Assembly: GCA_900088475.1 (NCBI GenBank)
Contig: FLMG01001546.1
Location: 62,001 to 126,000, forward strand
DNA length: 64,000 nucleotides
Reading direction: 5' to 3'
DNA from: Hyphochytrium catenoides
Taxonomy: Eukaryota > Protista > Hyphochytriomycota
The notes beneath the pieces were generated by a model. The model was given only the letters and a program-made list of their open reading frames with translations, had not been told where the DNA came from and did no database searches. The position numbers were made by a program, and so were the translations under genes. Positions 10,689 through 24,600 of the stretch are shown one piece after another (positions within the stretch are counted from its first letter, which is position 1; every line of letters starts with the position of its first letter).

Positions 10689-13615
10689 CTAGTATGGCTC
10701 ATCCCCTGGCTGTTCTTCACGTGGGTTGATCTTGATCAGGTCATCTATTCTCAGGATAGTAATGGCGGCCTCTGTGGCAAACCTCAGACTCTTGATCTTG
10801 CTAATCGCAGGCTCTACTACACCTGCCTTCAGATTATCCCGCACCTGAGCGAAATATGAGGAACCAGAGAGTGAGTGTTATCACCATCAGTGAAACGTCA
10901 ACGTCGCACCCACGCAGAACCTTTGGCTCTCGTTAAGCAGAGCTTCGTGAGAAGGTATGCGGTCACCATTGGACAAGAAGCCCACCCATAGTCCGTTGTA
11001 CATCTACTAGCCTATATCTCTTACCTTTCCTTCAATAAGGTCAAGGCCAGTAAACTTGAGATCTGCCTTGTCTGCTTGTATCTGGCTCTTGTTATGATAG
11101 GCACGCAGCTTGGCCACGAGCTCGGTTGCATCTTTGGCAGCATTTACCGATAGCACCTTTGGGATAACGAGCAAGGCCTCCGCAAACTCTGCAATGGCAA
11201 GCTGCTCTTTTGAGCCCAGGGTGGTAGCAAAATTCTCAAGATAAATTGAGAGAGCAGTTTCTACCGCTCCTCCGCCTGCAACGAGCATATTGCTTTCGAG
11301 CATTCTAGAAGTAGAAGGGAAGTACAAAAGCAAAAGAGCGACCCTTGAGTAAACCTGCATTGGCTCACTCTTTTGCTACGCTTTATCTCGCTTCCAGTTT
11401 GATCCAGCTTCCACTACATTTTACCCGGCGTACTTCCTACACCCTGACCCTCAGTCTAACTTCCAAGCTGAGTCGTGGTCAATCTTTAGGAGTAGTGAGA
11501 CGCATCTACTTCAACGCTTATCCTATTGGCCATGTCAACCAAAATCGCATCATTCAACCAGGCTCCCAGGCTTACCGTTTCACTACCATGAAGGAGTCAT
11601 GAAGTGCCCTGTCCATCTCGTCGAGCATATATTCATTGGCACCGCGCAGCACGACAGTCGTAGCTCCTGAGCCCTTGCCTCCCTTGATGTAGATAAGCTC
11701 ACCGTCGCCTACCCTGTCTTCTGCTACCTCTCGCGCATGGCCAAGGTTCGCCTGGAGATAGGTCAATGTGTGACGTCTTGGTTTCCCATCTCATCCAACA
11801 ACAACGAGCTAAGAAGAATGACATACGTCCCTTTAAGATTGTTATCTCCATCTTGCTGCGCCCCTACTTTACAGTGTTATCCCCGTTTCCCTCAGCGCTA
11901 TTCGTCTTATTTGCGTCTCGTGCGTCTTCTCAAGTACATTAGCTACTTTCATAGTAGTACAACCCACCTTGTCGAAGCTCTCTTCGCCTTCCATATCTGC
12001 CATGTTAAGTACCACAACACCCCCAGTAGCCTTTGCAATCCTCCTAAGGTCCTCCTTCTTGCATCGTCTTACTGCCATTGCCCCAGCTTCGACAAAGTAT
12101 TTAAGGCACAAATCATCAATGCCCTGTCAAATTTGAGTTGGAGGAAGTTATTAGTTCCTTTTATCTGAAGAAATCTCTCTCTCACTCTCAAGCAAGTTTT
12201 CTTTTGTCTCGACTGAAGATAGCCTAACGCACTGACCTTGGTGGTAAGAATTACATTAGCTCCCGAGTCCAGGATCTTCTGAATTCTCTCCTTAGTAATG
12301 TCAGCTTCGCGCTGGCGGATGAGCTCCAGCTCGTGGGGATCAGATACTACGACCTAAATTGCCAAGAGCGTCATCGCGGTCAATTCAGTACCAAGACGAT
12401 AAACAGAGTGGCCCAAAGAGGGAACTGCCTCACGAATGGGTCAAAGGGAAAAGCCTATCCTCAGAAAAACGGAAAGATATTTAATGACGTACCTGAATGC
12501 CCATCTGCATCTTGTGCTTCGTCAAATCAAAATCTAGTAGCGCAATCTTAGCGTCCTTCACTACTTTTGGCATAGCTTGTGATGCCAGAGTGCAATTTAG
12601 AGCAAAGCCGTCCACCAGCTGGCTCTAACGGACGAGGGACGGGACGTGAGACAAGCAGAAAGATGTTAGACTGCTGCCTTTGACGCTAGATTAAGTCTCG
12701 AATATGCAGGGATGGGTGTGGCTAGCCAGCCCAAGGGCTGGACCTACTATTCTTTGCAAGAGAAACCGAATCCTAAAGAGATTGCGATCACATGTTGACT
12801 AACCTCCATAGCGCTCCTTCCGTGGCTCTTGAGCACGTTAATGGCGCTGACTCTGTACTTATCGACTACCTTGCCGTTCACTTCCTTAGGCGCTCTAACC
12901 ATTTGCACAGCGTCCACCGACAGCGCCGCAAAGAATTCGCTCTCTGGACCGAGGATCTTTGACGACAGGGAAGTCTGGACACGGTAATCTTTAGTGCTAG
13001 TTTAGCATGAAACGACTATAATACAAACCTTCGCAGCATTGAGAAGATGTTCCCGAGAAAGGTTTTCAACAGATACTGCCAGGTGTTCTTTTATGTACTT
13101 GATGGCCTCCTTGACGGCCAATCTGTACCCCGCGATGATAGAAGTAGGGTGAATGTGGTTCTTCACAAGCTCATTGGCACGCTAGATTGACAGAAGGGAA
13201 ATGTCAGCAACTTACATGACGAACCTACCATTCGTTCACAACGAGCTGGGTACCTTAAGAAGCTCGGCGGCGATAATTACTACCGATGTGGTACCATCTC
13301 CAACCTCCTGATCCTGAAGTCCTGCAAGCTCGACCAAAACCTTTCCTGCGGGATGCTCTACCTCCAACTGGCTAAGGATGGTTGCACCGTCATTTGTGAT
13401 AGTCACATCTCCGATGTCGTCAACAAGCATCTTGTCGAGTCCAACAGGCCCGAGTGAGCTCTTTACGATATTTGCAATGGCCACGGCAGCCGTTACTGAG
13501 AAGCCAGATTAGATTTCGAATCGTATCATAAAGAACAGCAGCTAAATTCACCATTCTGAGTCCTCACATCCTGGCCGGATGTCCGCTCCCCATCCAAGAT
13601 CATGGATGCTGACAT
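10689..13615 (-). CDS. CCT1: T-complex protein 1 subunit alpha (CCT1), multi-exon
   Basis: [21 protein letters not shown] start; [30 protein letters not shown]; [10 protein letters not shown]; [28 protein letters not shown]; [34 protein letters not shown]. Ends ...[10 protein letters not shown]-stop. Confidence 0.98.
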
Positions 13616-14509
13616 GGCTCCTCGCAAGTTGTGTATGGTAAGTGCCCTCAGGGACCGTTCAACCTACGCGTTTACCTAGAGAATCAAAATGAAGCTTCAG
13701 TTGCAGGGTGAAGATCCTTGGGGGTCGAAGAAATAGTTTGTGTCTCCTCGATTGGCGATAATCTCCGCCAAATCTTGGCCTTCTTGAGACTCCACCACAG
13801 GATTTTCTGCGGTCAAGATTCTTGGCGCTTTATGGCTCCACAGCGTCAATTTGAGCTGGCGCCCTACTAACACGAGTTGCCCTCAGACCTCCCCTACAAA
13901 TTCCCACCAATCAGACCCTTTGCGATATTGCTGGGGCTGGCTCTAGGGGCTAATAGCGGCATTGGGACCTACGAAAAATCCTTGGCTAGGTTGCTCGACA
14001 CGCACATTCCCCCCAGGAGTGTGAAATCGATAGAAGAATCTTTTCTACAACAAACGTGGGTTGACCCAGGCTGCCCATGGGGCAGCATTCCCCATTCCAA
14101 AGTACAGAGTTACCCGCCCAACATGTTCTGGGTATCAGATCCAGGTCGACCGCAACCGCAATCTTACCATGTGTGTGCTTGATGGTTATTGCTGGGTTGC
14201 CATCTCATCTGCCTGCTTTGCTTGAAGATACACTTCAGACTGAGGATGTAGTTCTACTCTACATCTGCCAATCACTTGTTGGCGATAACTCTCATGGAGC
14301 TAAGGCCTCCTCGGTGGTAGACTATCTTCAGGCATCAGACTAACAAAGACAACGTCCTTTGTGGATTGTATCAACCTAGAATCGTCAACCGCTAAGGAGC
14401 AGCAGGAGCGAAGCTGAAGAGAGATTTAGATCGTCAAGGGGAAGGGGCAAGAAACATGATGAAAAGACAGAGAGGCCGAACGCCCAAGACACTGACATTG
14501 TACCGCCAG

Positions 14510-15328
14510 GCCTCTTCATCGGTGCAGGAACCTTCATGTTCCTCCGCTTTATATTAGATCCGGAGGATGAACGTAACGTTGGCTAATCCCTTCGCTCTCT
14601 TCCTGAACATGTACTAAACTTGAATGCTGCAGGGCATGTTCTCGTTCTTCGAGCTTTTTTCGTGGTAGCCCAAGTCTTGCACTTGGGTCTCTTGGCTTTC
14701 ATCTATCTAAGGATCCGGGTGCGTTATGGTAGTCTGTAACTCCATCCGTCTCTAACGTGCTTCTATACATTAGAACAACACGGAAGAAGGGCAAGTTACA
14801 GTGTCATCCCAGGACTATGTTAGTGAAGACTTGAAGTATGAGAAACTCAGTATTGCAGAGTATGACCAGAGGCAGCTGAGGAGCCTACTCGGGAAGGTCA
14901 GTAACCGGGACGGTGAGATCAGGGCCAGGGCTCGCTCGGTCCGTAATTGCTGTCTTTCCTATCTGCAGGTTCTCTTAGGAGTAGCGGTCGTGTCAGTCTT
15001 GCATCTGCGATGGGGTAAGTAATTAAGCAATCTTGCGTCTTACTTTCTCTGGCAACGCCTAACGTGGTAACCCTTAGGATTCATCCCTCCACTCGCGGTG
15101 CATAGCATAATGACTCCTGTTACTACCTATAACCACCCTCTTTTCAAGATCTTCTTGCTTGGGGAGCGCCCCTTTGGGAAACTCAAGCGGCCGTGGGAGG
15201 ATCCAAGCGAGCTGATGTCCCAAAAGCTTACTAACAAACTACTTGGAGTAGGGAAAGTGCCTACTACTATCAAGGGTAGGCCAAAGGGTGCCGAAAGAAA
15301 GAACATCAAGAAGAAGCTCAACGACTAG
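14510..15328 (+). CDS. PHO88: PHO88/SND3 family ER membrane protein, multi-exon; 5' end unresolved (further upstream)
   Basis: Spliced reading: FILDPEDERHVLVLRAFFVVAQVLHLGLLAFIYLRIR / ...LSIAEYDQRQLRSLLGK / VLLGVAVVSVLHLRWG / FIPPLAVHSIMTP...NHPLFKIFLLG...LKRPW. This is the Pho88 pattern (EYD, H...PL, P.F, LKRP). Confidence 0.8.
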
Positions 15329-15618
15329 CTCTTACCATTTGGTTCCGTCGATAATAAAGAAAACGTAAGGCTCTTTCTCTTCCAAGCTTCCTTATATAAT
15401 ACCACTATAGAGTGGACCTCTAAGCGAGTCTTTGACCTTCACACTTCAGAGAGATATCCCTCGGCTGGCTTGGAGGTTACAGACAGCCTTGTAGAGTTTG
15501 GTAATGCCATCCTCCCCCAGACTTCATCTAATGGTCCTTCCAACCCTTTGACTTTCTTTATTTGATATAAAAAGATTGTCTGTCTTATCTGGGGGCCCTT
15601 GCACCCAATGTTAGCCGT

Positions 15619-18600
15619 TTACTCCTCAAAGTGGAGATGATGAGCCACGCCAGAGCCCTAGCAGAGAAGACGGAGTGGCTAAACATTTCCTCGATCACTC
15701 CTATTCTCAGCCCCAAGCAATTTATTGGTGTAAAGAAACCTTATCCAGGCCTTGCAAGAAGCTCTGGATCCTAGTCATTCGTGATGCAACCCTGGAGCGC
15801 GAGGTATTAAGTTTAGAGGCTGCCTCATCATACTGGGAAGTTGATGCCCTTCCAAGCTCCTGTTCGTAATCTTGAAGGGTGGGTTTGGCCTGGCTGACAG
15901 AAAGAGCTCTATCTGTGGGCGCCGCCATCGAAAATTGATCTTGATATGACCTTGCCAGAAGTTTCTGGAAACAGAAGAGATATTTGGCATCAGAGGACCC
16001 ACTGCACAACACTCGGAAGGAAAGGCTTGGGAAAGGAGCTAAAGGCAGAAAATTTATAGGTGAAGCCATGGCAAGCCCCTTGCTAGAAAAATGATCTTCA
16101 GACAGAAAGGTTGCGAGCCAAGCAGCTCTCAGTGTCCTGGATTATAAACGTATCGTACCTGAACTTCTGTAACATAGTCTGGATGCATATCGTCAAACTT
16201 TCCATCTGGGTCCACTTTAGCCCGAGCTGCGGCGTGCACTAGCACGAGCGTGAACTCACCAACATTATCCAGGCGCTCAGGTCGAATGTAGATTGTCTTG
16301 CTTTCTGGGTCAACCCAATATGAATTCTTAAATGCGTCGTAACCCTTAGGACCAGCTGGAAGAGCAGTTGCAGTTTGTAACTGAAAGCCCAGGGCAGAGA
16401 TTCCAAGTTTGTCAATAAGGTCCCGTCCGTATTGGAATCGCAACTTCCTTCGTGGCTCCAGGTTATCTGCAGCAAGGACTTTGAGCTCACCCTCGGGTGG
16501 TCTAGCAGCATCTCTTCCCACACCAGGATGAGCAGCGATAATGGCTCTGGCAACTCTTTCCTTGACTTCTGGTTGGACTTCCGGAGTAACATTGATGGAA
16601 GGCACTGGCGCCGAGACGGACGACAAGGAGCTGGACAAGTGCTTGATGAGGTTTTCCAGGGCTTCAATCCGACTCAGCACAACTTCGTTCCCACCAGGGG
16701 CATCGGCTCCTGCCTTTTTACCAGAACCGCTGCTTTCAGATATGCTCTGTAGCGTGTCCTGTTTCTTGAATCCGCTCTTTGAAAGCACATCTGCCCACTT
16801 CTTTTTGATAGCCACGTCAGTTTGTTTTGCTACCCGAGGCGCGTCAGAGATAGCCTTTTGCATTTGCTGTTCCACTGCACGGATGGATTTCGCCGTCTGT
16901 GCATGATAGCCAAGAAGAGGTCAGCAGAAAGTTACTAATAGGTCTCGAGGAGGCAAAACAGGATACTCAGACAAATGTCTACGAACTATTTTTAAGGGAT
17001 GAGTAAAGGTTCAACAGAGATGATTGTATACCTGCTCTTGCTTCCACGCGAGATCTTTGTCTCGCTTTTCCTGCTGTGAGTTGATTTTAGTTGCTCTCCT
17101 CTTTTCAAGCCGAGCTTTCAATTGACTCTGCTGTCTTTCCCTTTCTTTCTCAAACTCTGTGAGACTTTGCTTGCTGTCGGCCTCAAACTTCTGAAGTAAG
17201 AGCTTCTTTTGGTCTTCACTTATATCGCCCATTGCCGCCAGCTTCAAAGTAAGGTTGAAGTTAGTCCAAGAATGATAGGTTCTTCTCCCTTGATGACATT
17301 CATCTTTATAGAGAAAATAGCTTTTACCTGTTTGTCTGCCTGAAGTTTCTTTTCCAGTATGAGCTTCTCCCTTTGCTCTGCCAGCCTTTGCTCTGCTAGC
17401 CTCTTTTCGTTTTCAAGTTGTGTCACATGCTCCTGCTCGAGTTTGGCGATCTCTTCCTCTGCTTTTTTCTTTACTTCCAGTTCAAAGTCCTCTTTCTGCT
17501 TCTTCAATGCCAGAATGCGCTGCTCTTTTTCTGCGAGAAGATTATCCTATTTGTCCATACGGCAATGTGTGAGCTTTGCGCAGCAAGGGCAGCGAAGCAA
17601 GGAAGGGGCTGTTAACACCCGCAAGAATTAGGTCCAAGGGGCCGTTATGAAGTCTCATAGCGAGTAGTCAGAATCAGAATTGGAAGAATTGCGTCGAGTA
17701 GAGGGGCACAAACCTGAAAAACTCTCAGCTCTTCTTGAGCTTGTTTCGCATTCCGTAGNNNNNNNNNNNNNNNNNNNNNNNNNNNNNNNNNNNNNNNNNN
17801 NNNNNNNNNNNNNNNNNNNNNNNNNNNNNNNNNNATGGACGTTGTCTCCATTTCTAGTGTTAGCTGTCTTTCTTTATACTTGCTCTCCAGCTGGTTTAGA
17901 GCATCCTCTTTATTAGACTCGGAAGCACCCTCTGCTACCAGTCTCGTTAAGAGTTCCGCCCTTTCTTTCCCTTTCTCCTGCAGCAGCCCTCCTAGGGCCT
18001 TTCTCATTGCCGCAGAACGCTCTCCTGCTTGCTTGGCCAACAGCTCCGTTGTCTCTCTTTGGTGTCTCCTTTGCATGACGATTTCAACAGCTTCGTTCAC
18101 CCGATCTCCGTCAATGATGCCACTTTGTATAGTTTCCTGAAATAAGTAACATGAAGTAGGTGGCCATGACCAAGATTAGAAATTAGTGCCAAACGGTGTT
18201 TGCCTCCATCAGTTTTTGAAGATGCGTGCATTCATTATACTAGCGTCAGGAAATAGATAAAATGCACGCATCAAGAGAAGGGAACCCTTCTAAAGCGCGC
18301 ATTTACAGTCCGTGATTGTACGCGGAGAGTATACGATAAGCCGTATTACTCTACTTGATACAGGATCCAAAGATAGAGGATCTAAAGAGAAGAGTGATGA
18401 AAAAAGCGCAAATAGCCAGACACATTAATCACCTGTAGAGCCTTGGCCTCTCTCTCCATATCAATTTGAGTCCTTAGATTTGAGGACTCTATTTGTTGTT
18501 CGGATATCGTCTTGGCTTTCTCCTCCTGTTGTTTCTGTGTGATCTCCTGCTGCTTCATTTTCTTCCGCAATTCGATCCTCTTCCTTAGCTGATCTTGTTT

Positions 18601-21600
18601 CTTATCCTGTGATTCAGTTGCGAGAAGATACAAAATGATCAGGGTCAATGCTCTTGCCCCGAAAGCAACCCATTTCAACGTTGGTTGGCTCTCCTGCTGT
18701 CGCTCGCTCTCTTACTGGACTACTGTCTCCGCCTTGAACGGGAATCACTGACCTTCTCAGCCTCAATGAGCCGTGCATGCTGCGTTAACTGATCGTCGTA
18801 CTGCCGCTTCACGTTCGCTAACTCCTCCGTCGTGGCTGCTTCTTTTAGTAGCTTCTCCTGTAGCTCTTTCTTCTTCTCCTCAATCAGCCGGTTTGCCTCG
18901 TCCTCCTACAGTGCGCACACGCTATGTGAGTGCTGTCTGAGGTGACTTGTCGTCTTTATGCTCTACCTGGCGCTTCAACTCTGCAGCAAGTTCCTGCTGC
19001 AGGGCTGCCATGGCCTCCTTCTCCAGCTTCTCCTTTTCTTCTCGATGCTTCTTTTCGAGATCATCCCGGGCCTGCAGGCATTATCAGAAAAATAAGCAGC
19101 TTCTTCTTCGAAGCACAATCAAGGCTTCAATGTTACCCTTCGTTGCTCGTCTTCCAGGCGGAGTTCCTCATCAGACTTGCCGCTCTCTGCAGCTGTTGAC
19201 TCCACCTTCTCCCGCAAAGCTTTTTCCCAGGTACTTCCTTGGCTTTCCAATTCTTTTGTCTCGTTTTCACTCTTGACGGTAAAGAAGAGGACATTAGCGG
19301 TTAGAGGCCCCTCACCGATCCTGTACTAAAGAGCCTAAACCTACCATCTTCTGCATCATCGCCTTCTTTTTCTCCTCTAGAGCTTTCTTTTTCTGAGCTA
19401 GCCTTTGCTCCAATTTAGAAGACGCCAGTCTTCCAATCGCTTCGCTGTCAGCGTTTCGCTTAGCTTCTTCCTTCTGGTACTCTTGGGCAACCCTCGCGGC
19501 TTCCATTTGTGCTTGATCCGCTTCGGCCTTGGCTAGGGCCTCGGCAGCCGCTTTGGCAGCTGCAGCAGCAATCTTGGCTTTGGAAGCACTCTCAAAAGCG
19601 GCAACCTCCTCCTGGAGTGTCTTCCCCTTTTCAAGCTGCGGCGCAACAAAAGTCAGAGTAATTTTCACGTTCCTGCTTATCTAGCTTTCACTCCTGAGGC
19701 TCGATTATCGAGTTCGATTACTTCGGTACAGATCTATCTCAGCGAACTTTCTAGAGGTCTGTCAAGTGTGTCTGGGTTACAAAAGAGCGTCTTACCTCCA
19801 TCAGTGCGGCCAATTTGCGTTGCTGGTCTTCCAACAGCTTCTTACGCTCCGCTTCCTCCTCGCCTTGAAGTTCCTCTTCAAGCTTCTGCTTTCCGCTTTC
19901 CCCCAAGGCCATGGCCTCCATCTCTTTTTGTCTAAGTGCTCTCCTTTGCCTGTGAGGTTGATGTAAGGGTTCCTGTCGATAGTCTATATTGTGACAAAGG
20001 AGCTACCGCAATCTCTCCTCCAGCTTTTTGCTTTCTCCTTCTTGTTGGGCGGCAAGCTTTGATTCTAAAGTTTCCAGGTGCTGTTGGTGCTCGAGCTTCA
20101 TCCTCTTCAGACTCTGTTCTGCTTTGTCCTTTTCGTTTTCAGCATCCGCTAGATTCTTCTCTGCTCTCTTTTTGGACTCTTCCAGGAGCACTTTGTCCTC
20201 TTCCGCTAACTGTAATGGACAGCCATGTATACAAGTGGAATTTGGACGAACTGGAGCAAAGGACTTACCTGTGATGTTGATTCCTGGTGAGAGCGACTTT
20301 CAGGAAGAGATATGCTGCTAACCTCGTCCTTTCCTTGGTCCCTAGAGCTGAAGATCGACTGCAACGCGTCCAAGTACCGTCCCTTTGTCTTTCCACTTTG
20401 CTCTCTAGCCTCATGTAGTGCTAGCTCCTTCGAGATGGTCCTCAGGGCACTCTGCGCTGCTCCAAGGGCCAGCCGGGCCCGGACGGCTTCTTCGAGGACG
20501 GGCCTCCTTTCTTCGACCAGCTCCTGGCGAAGCTTCTGTATAACATCCCTTCGCTCCTCTGCCATGGTCCTAACCTCTGACGCAATATCAGACTGCCGGT
20601 GCAATGCTTCAGTTAAGCTAAACCCAATAACGATAAGCTCTTGTATTTTCTTACCTCCGTGAAGCCTGGGAGACTGCCTCCTCTTTCAGATGTCCTACCG
20701 TAAGTAGTGAATGGTAAGAAGCCAAGATTGCCCAATTACCCCTGGGCACGACTAGTGGTCACCCCTTACTTCCCATCTGATAAGCTTACTAATCACCCAG
20801 AAAAAGGCGTCTCCTGCTACTTACCCCACTCTAGCCTGCAAATCGCGGAAATGAGCATCTTCTTTTCGCTTCAGCTCGTCTAGCTTGTCCTTGATCTTTC
20901 TTTCTTGGACCTCCCCAAGCAGTACAAGTCTGTCTTCCACATTTTTCCGATGCACTTCGGCATTCACCGCTCTTTCTTGCACATCTTCCTGGAGTCTTGT
21001 TGCGGTCTCTTGCCACTCGCGAGCTACCTTATTCTCCTCCTCCGCTATCATCTCCTGACCTTGGAGCATGATTTGCTGCTGCAGAGCCAGCTCCTGCTTG
21101 GAAACCTCCTCCTCAATCTTCTTTTCTGCCATGGCAATGTCCTCTGCTGACTGATCCTAGTTTAAGAGGCACCACATAGGTGAGTTGGTCAGCTGCAAAG
21201 TCCACCAGTGAAATGGACTTCAGGGAAATCTATCCAGTGGGAATAGTCCAATGCCTCTTCTAACCTTCTTGTCTTTAAGTTTGCCGAGCATCCGCTTTTT
21301 CCTGTTCATCAGCTGCTTCCTCTGCCTTTCAAATTCTTGCTCCAGATTGGCATACAAATCCTTCATATTCTGATCACATTTCTCCTTCATGTTTTGCATG
21401 ACACTTCGCACCTCGAGGGCAGCTTGCCTCTCGGCGGTCTCCTCCACTGCAGTTCTTGCAGCGGTGGCAGCTGTCAAGCCTGCGACCCTTGTCTGGGCCA
21501 GCTTTTCGGTGACAGCAGCCAGTGCAGTCGTCTGGCTATTGTGAAGCTGCTTGAATTCTGTCTCCTTCTGCGCCAAGATAGAGTCTAAAATTTCGTCACG

Positions 21601-24600
21601 AGAAGCCTGCATGAACCACAGCACCTTAGTAATCGTTCTAGTTTCCTATTCGACTCGGATTAGCAGCAAAGGGTTTTGGCACTCTTGTGTTTGGAGTGGA
21701 CTTTCGTCAAATACCTTCAGCTCCTGCTCTACCTCAGCCATTTTATCCGCAATCTCATTTTCGGTTGCTCCAGCTGCCCTTAAGTCCTCTTCAACCTTAT
21801 TTGACAGCTCCCTGAAGATAAAGTTAGCCGTCGCTTGCTACTTAAGGGGCAGCTGGTACCCTGGTACTCACCTTCTAGTGTGTTCAGTGCCTGACAAATG
21901 GATGGTGGCACTTAGTGCCATCTGTTTTTTTAGGAAATCGTACTCCGCAGAAACATCTCCCTGTATAAGGCGGTCTTCTAACTCCACTTCGTAACGAGCA
22001 AGCTCGGCTGAAATGGTTTTTGTCGCTTCTGACTCCTCTAGGCGCCTTTCTTCTTGCTTGCGTGCCTTAAGATGCAGAGCCTAGTTCATCGGACCGATTG
22101 GCCGAAGCGAGGGGTTGCAGTTTAGTGTTGTCTTTTAGACAAACTTAGTACAGCAATACCTTCTTCCTCTGCACTTCTTCGTCTGCCGCCCGGGCTAGAC
22201 GTTCGCTTAATCTCTTGCCCTCCTCTTGATGCTTCTCTGCCAGCTCTCTTTCTACTTGTTCTTTCTCCTCTGAAGTGGCATCCGCATGGGTCAACTCTGC
22301 CAGACGACGATCTTTCTCCTCTTGCTGGGCCTTCCGGAGATTCTGTGTAGCAACTGCTTTGTCCTGCTCCAGCTTCGCTCTAAGTGTGGCCAGCTCGGAT
22401 GCATCCGAGCTTTCTTGGTCCTGCTCCGCAGAAATAGGCCCATTAGAGTAAAATGGTCAGTAACTCGACAGCGAGGATTGTTCAGACAAGGTTTAAAAAG
22501 CCACAATGCATCCATCAGAGAATAAGTAGCCCTCCCGAACTTCATAGCCAGTTTAACACTCTGCGAAAACCCTTGAGGACACATTTGACAATACTTTACC
22601 TTAAATTTGTGATCTACCCTCAGTTTGGCCTCCGCCATGGCTATCTCAACAGCCATAGAACTGGCAAGGCTCGATGCCGCAGCGGCCTTTATTCTTGCCT
22701 CCGCAAGCCTTTCAGTAGACTCCTTTTGCAACTGAGCCCACTGTTCCCTCTCCTTATCTGTGGCATCGCTCCATTCCTTAGCTAGCTTCAGATCAAGGAG
22801 TTCTCGCTCAACCTGTGGAGAGAGATTTGTCAGACCAACGAGTTGAGTCAAGGGTTGGATCAAATGTCGCATATATATCTGAGCACTAGGGCAATAAGGA
22901 AGGTAAGAAGTTGGAAGTCCGGTCCAGAGCCGCCGAAAGGGTTTGTGAGATACCGCTTCCTCCTGTTTTAAGCCGTCGTTTAGCATGATCTTCTCGTCTT
23001 CTGCTTTTGCAGCGGCTAATTGTCCTAGCCTGACATTGCGCTTTTGCCTAATCATGAGAGTCTTAGATATCTCCTAGAATGGCTAACGGAAGCGTTTAGT
23101 TGACCTCAATCGGTCCTCAAGTTTGCCCTTTTCCAGCTCTTTTTGAGCCACAAATGCCTGCTCCCGAAGCTTCAAACTGGCCTCGAGAGTCTCTTGAAGG
23201 AGTCTGAGCTCTTCCGCTGTCCTCAACTTGCTCACCTGTGCCAACAGAAGTCAGCATATAAAATATGAAGCGGTCATCTCGATCCGATCATTCAAGCACT
23301 TACCTCTGCAGCTGCTGCATTGTCCATTGCTGTCTTCTCTGCTTGCTCTGCAAGGACAGTTCTCTCGTCCTGAAGGCGTTGAGCATGTTCATTTAGTGTG
23401 GCTTCTTCATGCTCCTTAAGTTGGTCCTCCAGGTCCTTGCTTTCCTTTAGTTCCTGGTCCAAAAGATCCTGACCTACTGTGTTGTGGGGGACCGAAACCG
23501 AGAATATGGCGTAAATCTAAACGCGACGGCAGAAGGTCAACACATGCTCAACCTACCTCTTGGGAGCTGACCACTTGAGTGCTCCTTAACTCTCCTCTCC
23601 TCAATCCTCTGTCTCAGCTTTATGTGCTGGAGCTCCCGCTCATTGGCAAGTGTAGATTGCAGCTGGAGAAGATCTTCGGCATGCACCTTTGTTCACCGAA
23701 AAGGTCGCAGCAACTACCATTATCTCCAAAGCCCATTTTCACTGCCAAATGCGTTATACATACTTTTTCGACCTGCGCGGTGAGGGCTAGTGCTCTCTCC
23801 CTTCCTTCCTCACCGGCTGCAGCGGTTGACAGTGCAGCTGCCAGGGCTGTAGAGAAGGAGGCCGCTGCCTGTCCTACCGCTAATTGTTCATCATACTCTT
23901 GTCGAACGTCGACGAGCTTCCTTGCGTAGTCTTTTCTAATAGAAGCTTCGACACCCATGAGCTCTAGTTCCATTGACTCCTAAACATCGACAAAGGTAGA
24001 GGTTGGACTCTTGATGATAACACAGATCTAGCTGGTGTGTACTTGTTCAAGGCATGCCTTACCTGCATATTCGTAGATGACGCAGCCCCATCTCTATCAA
24101 TAAGTGTAGGTCAGTGTTAGAGGTGGATTTGTTAACAAGCAATAACAGATGAAGAGGGTACCCCATGCTCAGATCCTTCAGTCGGCTCATCTTAGTTTTC
24201 TCGAAGGTTTCCAGCTGACCTAAGAAGAAGTCTTTGATGGACTTCTCCTTGTTCTGATAAGCTAGCTTGAGCTCCTCGAAATCCGACGACTTGCGCATGG
24301 CCTCCTGGCTGAGGCCCTTGGCAACTCCTTCTACCATTATTTTACTCTCTTGCTTCATCGAAGACTTAAGGGCTGCTTCCTTGTCTTTGAATGTCTTATT
24401 CAGGGACTCCAATTCCCCGAGCCTATCCTTCTTTAGCGTTAACGAAGCTGGCTGCTCCTTGAGTCGTGCTTCCTGCAATCGCTCTGCCCACTTCCTCTCA
24501 ACTGCTATCTCTGAACCTATCCAAGTCTTGGTAAGCTCAATTTCCGCCCTCACTAGGTTGAGGGAGGCTTCAGTTTGGAGGCCTAAAAGTGTGACCGGGG

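Noticed and set aside
11305-11572. Long CCT1 intron as a snoRNA host (vertebrate TCP1 hosts snoRNAs)
   Set aside because: Only a degenerate box C-like word; no convincing C/D or H/ACA structure.
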